Assembly: GCA_964016885.1 (NCBI GenBank)
Contig: OZ024742.1
Coordinates: 325,996,001 to 326,060,000 of the forward strand
Origin: Eledone cirrhosa
Taxonomy: Eukaryota
Direction: 5' to 3'
Length of the DNA: 64,000 nucleotides
In this document: in pieces, positions 59,601 through 64,000 of the stretch
How the letters are laid out: the number at the start of each line of letters is the position of its first letter
Position numbering within the stretch: the stretch's first letter is position 1
The notes under the pieces: model-generated
Seen by the model: only the letters and a program-made list of their open reading frames with translations
Told to the model about the DNA's origin: nothing
The model's database searches: none
Made by a program: the position numbers and the translations under genes

Positions 59601-61330
59601 TCGGTGGTAGTTCCCCCATCTCCCGCCACTTTGGTGCCCCTGCACATTCCGCACGCCATCTCACAGTCTGTGGCCTACTCCAATGCCACGGAACACCTGC
59701 CAATCTCCTCAGAGTTGAACAAAGAACCATCTTCATCTTACAGACCCACACTCCCTCAGGCCTGAACTCCCCACCCTTATTCCTTTAGCCTTCGACCGCC
59801 CCCTCCCCCCACACATATCCCCCACTAACACCACTAACACACCCCTCCTTTTCACCGCCCACCCCACAACTAACAATACTAACACCTCCATTCCACCCCT
59901 CATCCGACCACCCTTCCCCAACTAACATACTAACATCCCTCCCTTCTTCTCCTCCCTCCTCCTTATCAGGCACACACACCCACCGGCACATATATACACG
60001 CGCTCACACTATACACACACCCTACTACCACCACAAACCCTCACCCCCACACAGCCACCCCACCACCCCGCAACTAACATCACTAACACCCCTGACCCCA
60101 AGCACACGAACACACGCACCAACTCACACCACCCACCCTACACGCAACTAACATCACTAACCCCCCGCACACGTACACACACACCCTCTTACACCACCAA
60201 CTCTACACACCCTACCACCACTGACCCCCACTCACACCCGCATTCAACCCTTTCTCCACCTCCTGTATACTAACACCCCTTTCATCAAACTACACACACA
60301 CCAGTACACCACACTCCCTCCATCGACCCCCACACCCTTCTCTCCTCGCTCCACCCACACCCTTTCTCCAACACTCACTCATCCCACTAACACCTCTACT
60401 AATATACACACACACACCCTCCTTACTCCTACTTTCACACCTACCCATCCTCGCCCCTTTACCATTCCACCCTACTGCTGCTATGCCCTCTGACCACCTC
60501 CCCGCACACACAGACACACAGCACTCCTACTGCCTTGAACACTTCCTGTTGCGCGCGCAGCCCACATCTCCCCTCTTCCGACCATCGCTTCACGGATTCC
60601 TCGTATGTGGACCTTGACCGCGGAATCAACTACCATCCTAGGATTTTACCAACCTTTCCAGCACATCTTCTTACGGAATCACCTTCATGACTCACCCACA
60701 CACACACACATCCAAAATTTTTTTTTCCCACACGCAAGATTGATATTAATACTGAGGTCTTTAATTTCCCTACACCCACAACACGCTTAAACACCACACA
60801 CACGTGCGTTCCGCCACATATTTACACATTCAGCCTCCGGATTCCTCTCCCCCACCCCTCTATCCACACACGCACACACACTCCGACCTACACCCCACCC
60901 CACACACACCTCTTCCTGAACATGCAACGCCGTTCTTCCCCCAACCCTTGCTTTCACATACACACACACACACACACCACCTTCAGCCCTCCCCGCTCGG
61001 ACACCCCGTCTCCCTCTCCCCACTCCACCCGCCACCACCCCTACACGCCCCACACCCTTCCACCACCTGTTTTACCCCATTTTAATTTTATTTTGATCAT
61101 GTTTTTATTTTTATTTTCATTAGCACCGTTTCCTCCCACCCCCTTTTTGCTATATGTCTCTCCACCACTCCCCTACACACCCTTTGAACTCTCTTCCCAC
61201 ACACTTTTCACCTGAAGAACGGCTTATGCCCGAAACGTCGAGCCCCACCACCACCCCACTCTCAAGAGCGTGAAATTAATAAACATTCGTTGTACTGCCT
61301 CTCTGTTTTGTTCCTGTTCAAATTTTCCAT
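56640..61330 (+). mobile_element. Near full-length Neptune-type Penelope-like element (RT + Cys linker + GIY-YIG), frameshifted
   Basis: IVIKPADKGGAVVVW; FTLDIKSLYTVIPH; QITGVAMGTRMGPNYANLF; RYIDD; SIPYSQLLRMRRLCS; PCYRPRCNTCPHI; NLVYGIRCTEC..YVGQTGRRLADRFTEH. HHR-like CTGAAGA..GAAACGTC at 61212-61239, then AATAAA and (TA)n. Confidence 0.92.
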
Positions 61331-61431
61331 TATATATATATATATATAGTAATAATAATAAATTTGAAGACTAAAATCCAAAGAGGGCTCGATAAGGATA
61401 AATATATATCAAATATATAAGAACCGTAGAG

Positions 61432-61489
<58 letters not shown>

Positions 61490-61610
61490 CATACGTATAT
61501 TTAGTTGGGTTGATACCTATTTTCTCAATATATCCCGATTTTCATTTGCTTCATTATAATATTCATACATAGATATAAATATATATACATACACACATAC
61601 ATTTATACAT

Positions 61611-61801
61611 ATACATAAATCTATACATACACAAACACACATATGGATATGTGTATATATAAATATATATATATATATATATCCAGTTAATAATTTAGTT
61701 CACTATATATATATAGTGAAATAAATTATTACCTGGATATACATATATATTTATATATACCACATATCCATATGTGTGTTTGTGTGTTTATAGATTTATG
61801 T

Positions 61802-61803
<2 letters not shown>
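61611..61803. repeat. Imperfect palindrome centred on (TA)6 at 61704-61715
   Basis: ~90-bp arms that are reverse complements. Confidence 0.85.
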
Positions 61804-61849
<46 letters not shown>

Positions 61850-61853
<4 letters not shown>

Positions 61854-62600
61854 GCGTTTGGAATTCGGTCATCAATTTGTGTCAGGGCGTTATAATATTA
61901 GGTCTTGCGTTACAAACCTCACATTGGAAGGGATGAAGTTCACCTGGAGTTCAATTTGGTTTTTATCAATATTATTATTGTTATTAATATTGCCATTAGT
62001 ATTATTGTCCCGTTGATCCCTACTCTATTGTTATCATTACATTACGCTTGTACCATTAACTCTCCCAACAGTGGTAACGTTAAATAAAACTTAGTCATAC
62101 TGTTGTGGGTTATTATATTATTAACGATACTTCTAGTTGGGTTGATACCTATTTTCTCAATATATCCCGATTTTCATTTGCTTCATTATAATATTAAGAG
62201 TTTTGGTCGAAAATTCGCTCATTACCTGAGAATCCGAATATTCTTCTGGATATTTTATACAAATAGATTTAATAATTGATTTTGAATAGTTAAAATGTTT
62301 ATGTACATAAATGAGATATTCAACCGGTTTATAGTAAAGTCTGTACAATTCAGTATCTAATTGAAATGAGACATCTAAGAAATTAAAGACCTCAGTATTA
62401 ATATCAATGTTAACACTTATATATATTTAAAAACGGAAGTGTTTTCATCTTAAGCTCTGAATTTTTATGATTCCTAAAAGTAAAACGAGCATCATCTCGA
62501 TATAGGCTAACTTACATACTAGGGAATCCACTAATTAGTTTATTTAAGGAAATAACCCAACTAGCTCGGTGATCTAAACCGAGCCATTCGATGCCACAGT
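61850..62600 (-). mobile_element. Decayed PLE RT fragment
   Basis: ITELVGLF, SLYRDD, FNFLDVSF, YYKP...YVHKHFNY, SRRIFGFS. Confidence 0.7.
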
Positions 62601-63318
62601 AATGACAAAATTATATAATATATAATGAAAGTGCATACAGAATCTATTATTTGTGAAAACGCTTATTAAGTTATGACCCAACTTAATAATAACAAGAAAA
62701 TCTATTCACATTTTCCCCAGATTTTATTTAGTTTTAGTCTGGTTTTGTTTCGTTCATTTTTATTTTCTGTTGTCAAGTATTACTTTATTTATCTATTTCT
62801 GTCTTCATTCTTTCTCTTCACTTCGTTTACTTCTTTTTGAAACATTCATATAAATTAGATAATAAAACATTTTCAAAATTCATGAAACTAAATTTATATT
62901 CAAAATCGTTCAGCCATAATATCTAGTCACACCCACATTTCCATAAACACACATAGATACTGACTTAGTTAAACAACACTTACACAAACACACACACAAA
63001 CACACACAAACAAACACAAACACCTACAGACACACACGCACACACAAATATAGGCATACAACTGGATAGGCCTATACCATTTCCCCCATCACTTTTAATC
63101 CTTCGTCACCAGACAATTCTCATTTCTATGCAATCGAATTTCTTTCTATCATACCTTTCCCAATCACTCGTAGATTTCATTCAAGCATCCAATAAATTAG
63201 TTTATATTGACCTTAATTCCATAAAAGCAAAATTCTTAACGATTTAGAACTTCTACATTGAATCTTATCTGATTACCATCTGTGTACTTACGAGAATAGT
63301 AAAAATAAAAAGACTCAT

Positions 63319-63400
<82 letters not shown>

Positions 63401-64000
63401 GAATATAAAATGAAAGTGCTTTTTTTAAAAAGGAATTTATTAGGTATTGAAAAATGTTTCTGTAACAGACAGAATACCTATGTTTCGCTGCTTGCGTAAT
63501 CATATAATGTTAGCAAGTATTCGATAGCAAAAGTATAATCAGTTGTCACTTCTTCAGAGATTTTGGATAAATTGGAAAAAATCAGAAAAATTGAAGTATT
63601 TATATTAGTTGTAATAGAGGAAGAAGAGAGGGGATAGTATATGACAGATGGTAATTCAATTTACTGCTAAACAGTATATAAAGGGTTTCTAATGAGAATA
63701 CAATGAGTAAATGGTTTATTTTATCTAAATAAGAATTTTTGGGAGTGCCTATTTTAATCTATACTTGACCAATTGAACAATGGACAGGGCTGGTCATTTG
63801 GTGTAGTAGTATTAATTATAAAGTGTCAATTAAGGAAGGGGGAGATTTCGACTACTACTGAATAACATCAATCCTAGTAGCCAGCTGGTATATGCATTAG
63901 GGAATTGAATTAAGAAATCTCATTTTATCTATAGCAGTTTATATTAAATGGTAAATAATAGAAGAGTTGATAGAATTAAAACTAATAGAGAATGTTAATA

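Overview
Non-genic, extremely microsatellite-rich animal DNA. The (TA)n density and the SINE/LINE repertoire suggest an octopus or other coleoid cephalopod (inference). No host protein-coding exon, RNA gene or CRISPR array is supportable, and most ORF-track entries are translations of (TA)n/(CA)n arrays. The window is a mosaic of retroelements: two decayed Tx1-clade LINEs abutting (GATA)n, one RTE LINE with a triple C2H2 zinc-finger tail plus a bipartite non-autonomous derivative, an R4/Dong-like RLE LINE, about ten Penelope-like element (PLE) pieces, tRNA-derived SINEs and a non-autonomous Helitron. The most striking unexplained layer is a dense set of minimal type I hammerhead ribozyme (HHR) motifs from several unrelated families. 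They occur in a non-coding ~426-bp tandem unit (retrozyme-like) and in many short asymmetric fold-back mini-elements set in (TA)n arrays. Some have U3-A8 cores, U.U at the base of stem II, or very long stem II inserts. There are also (TA)n-centred inverted flank duplications and short locally templated insertions. All alignments and folds were done by eye; element boundaries are approximate.
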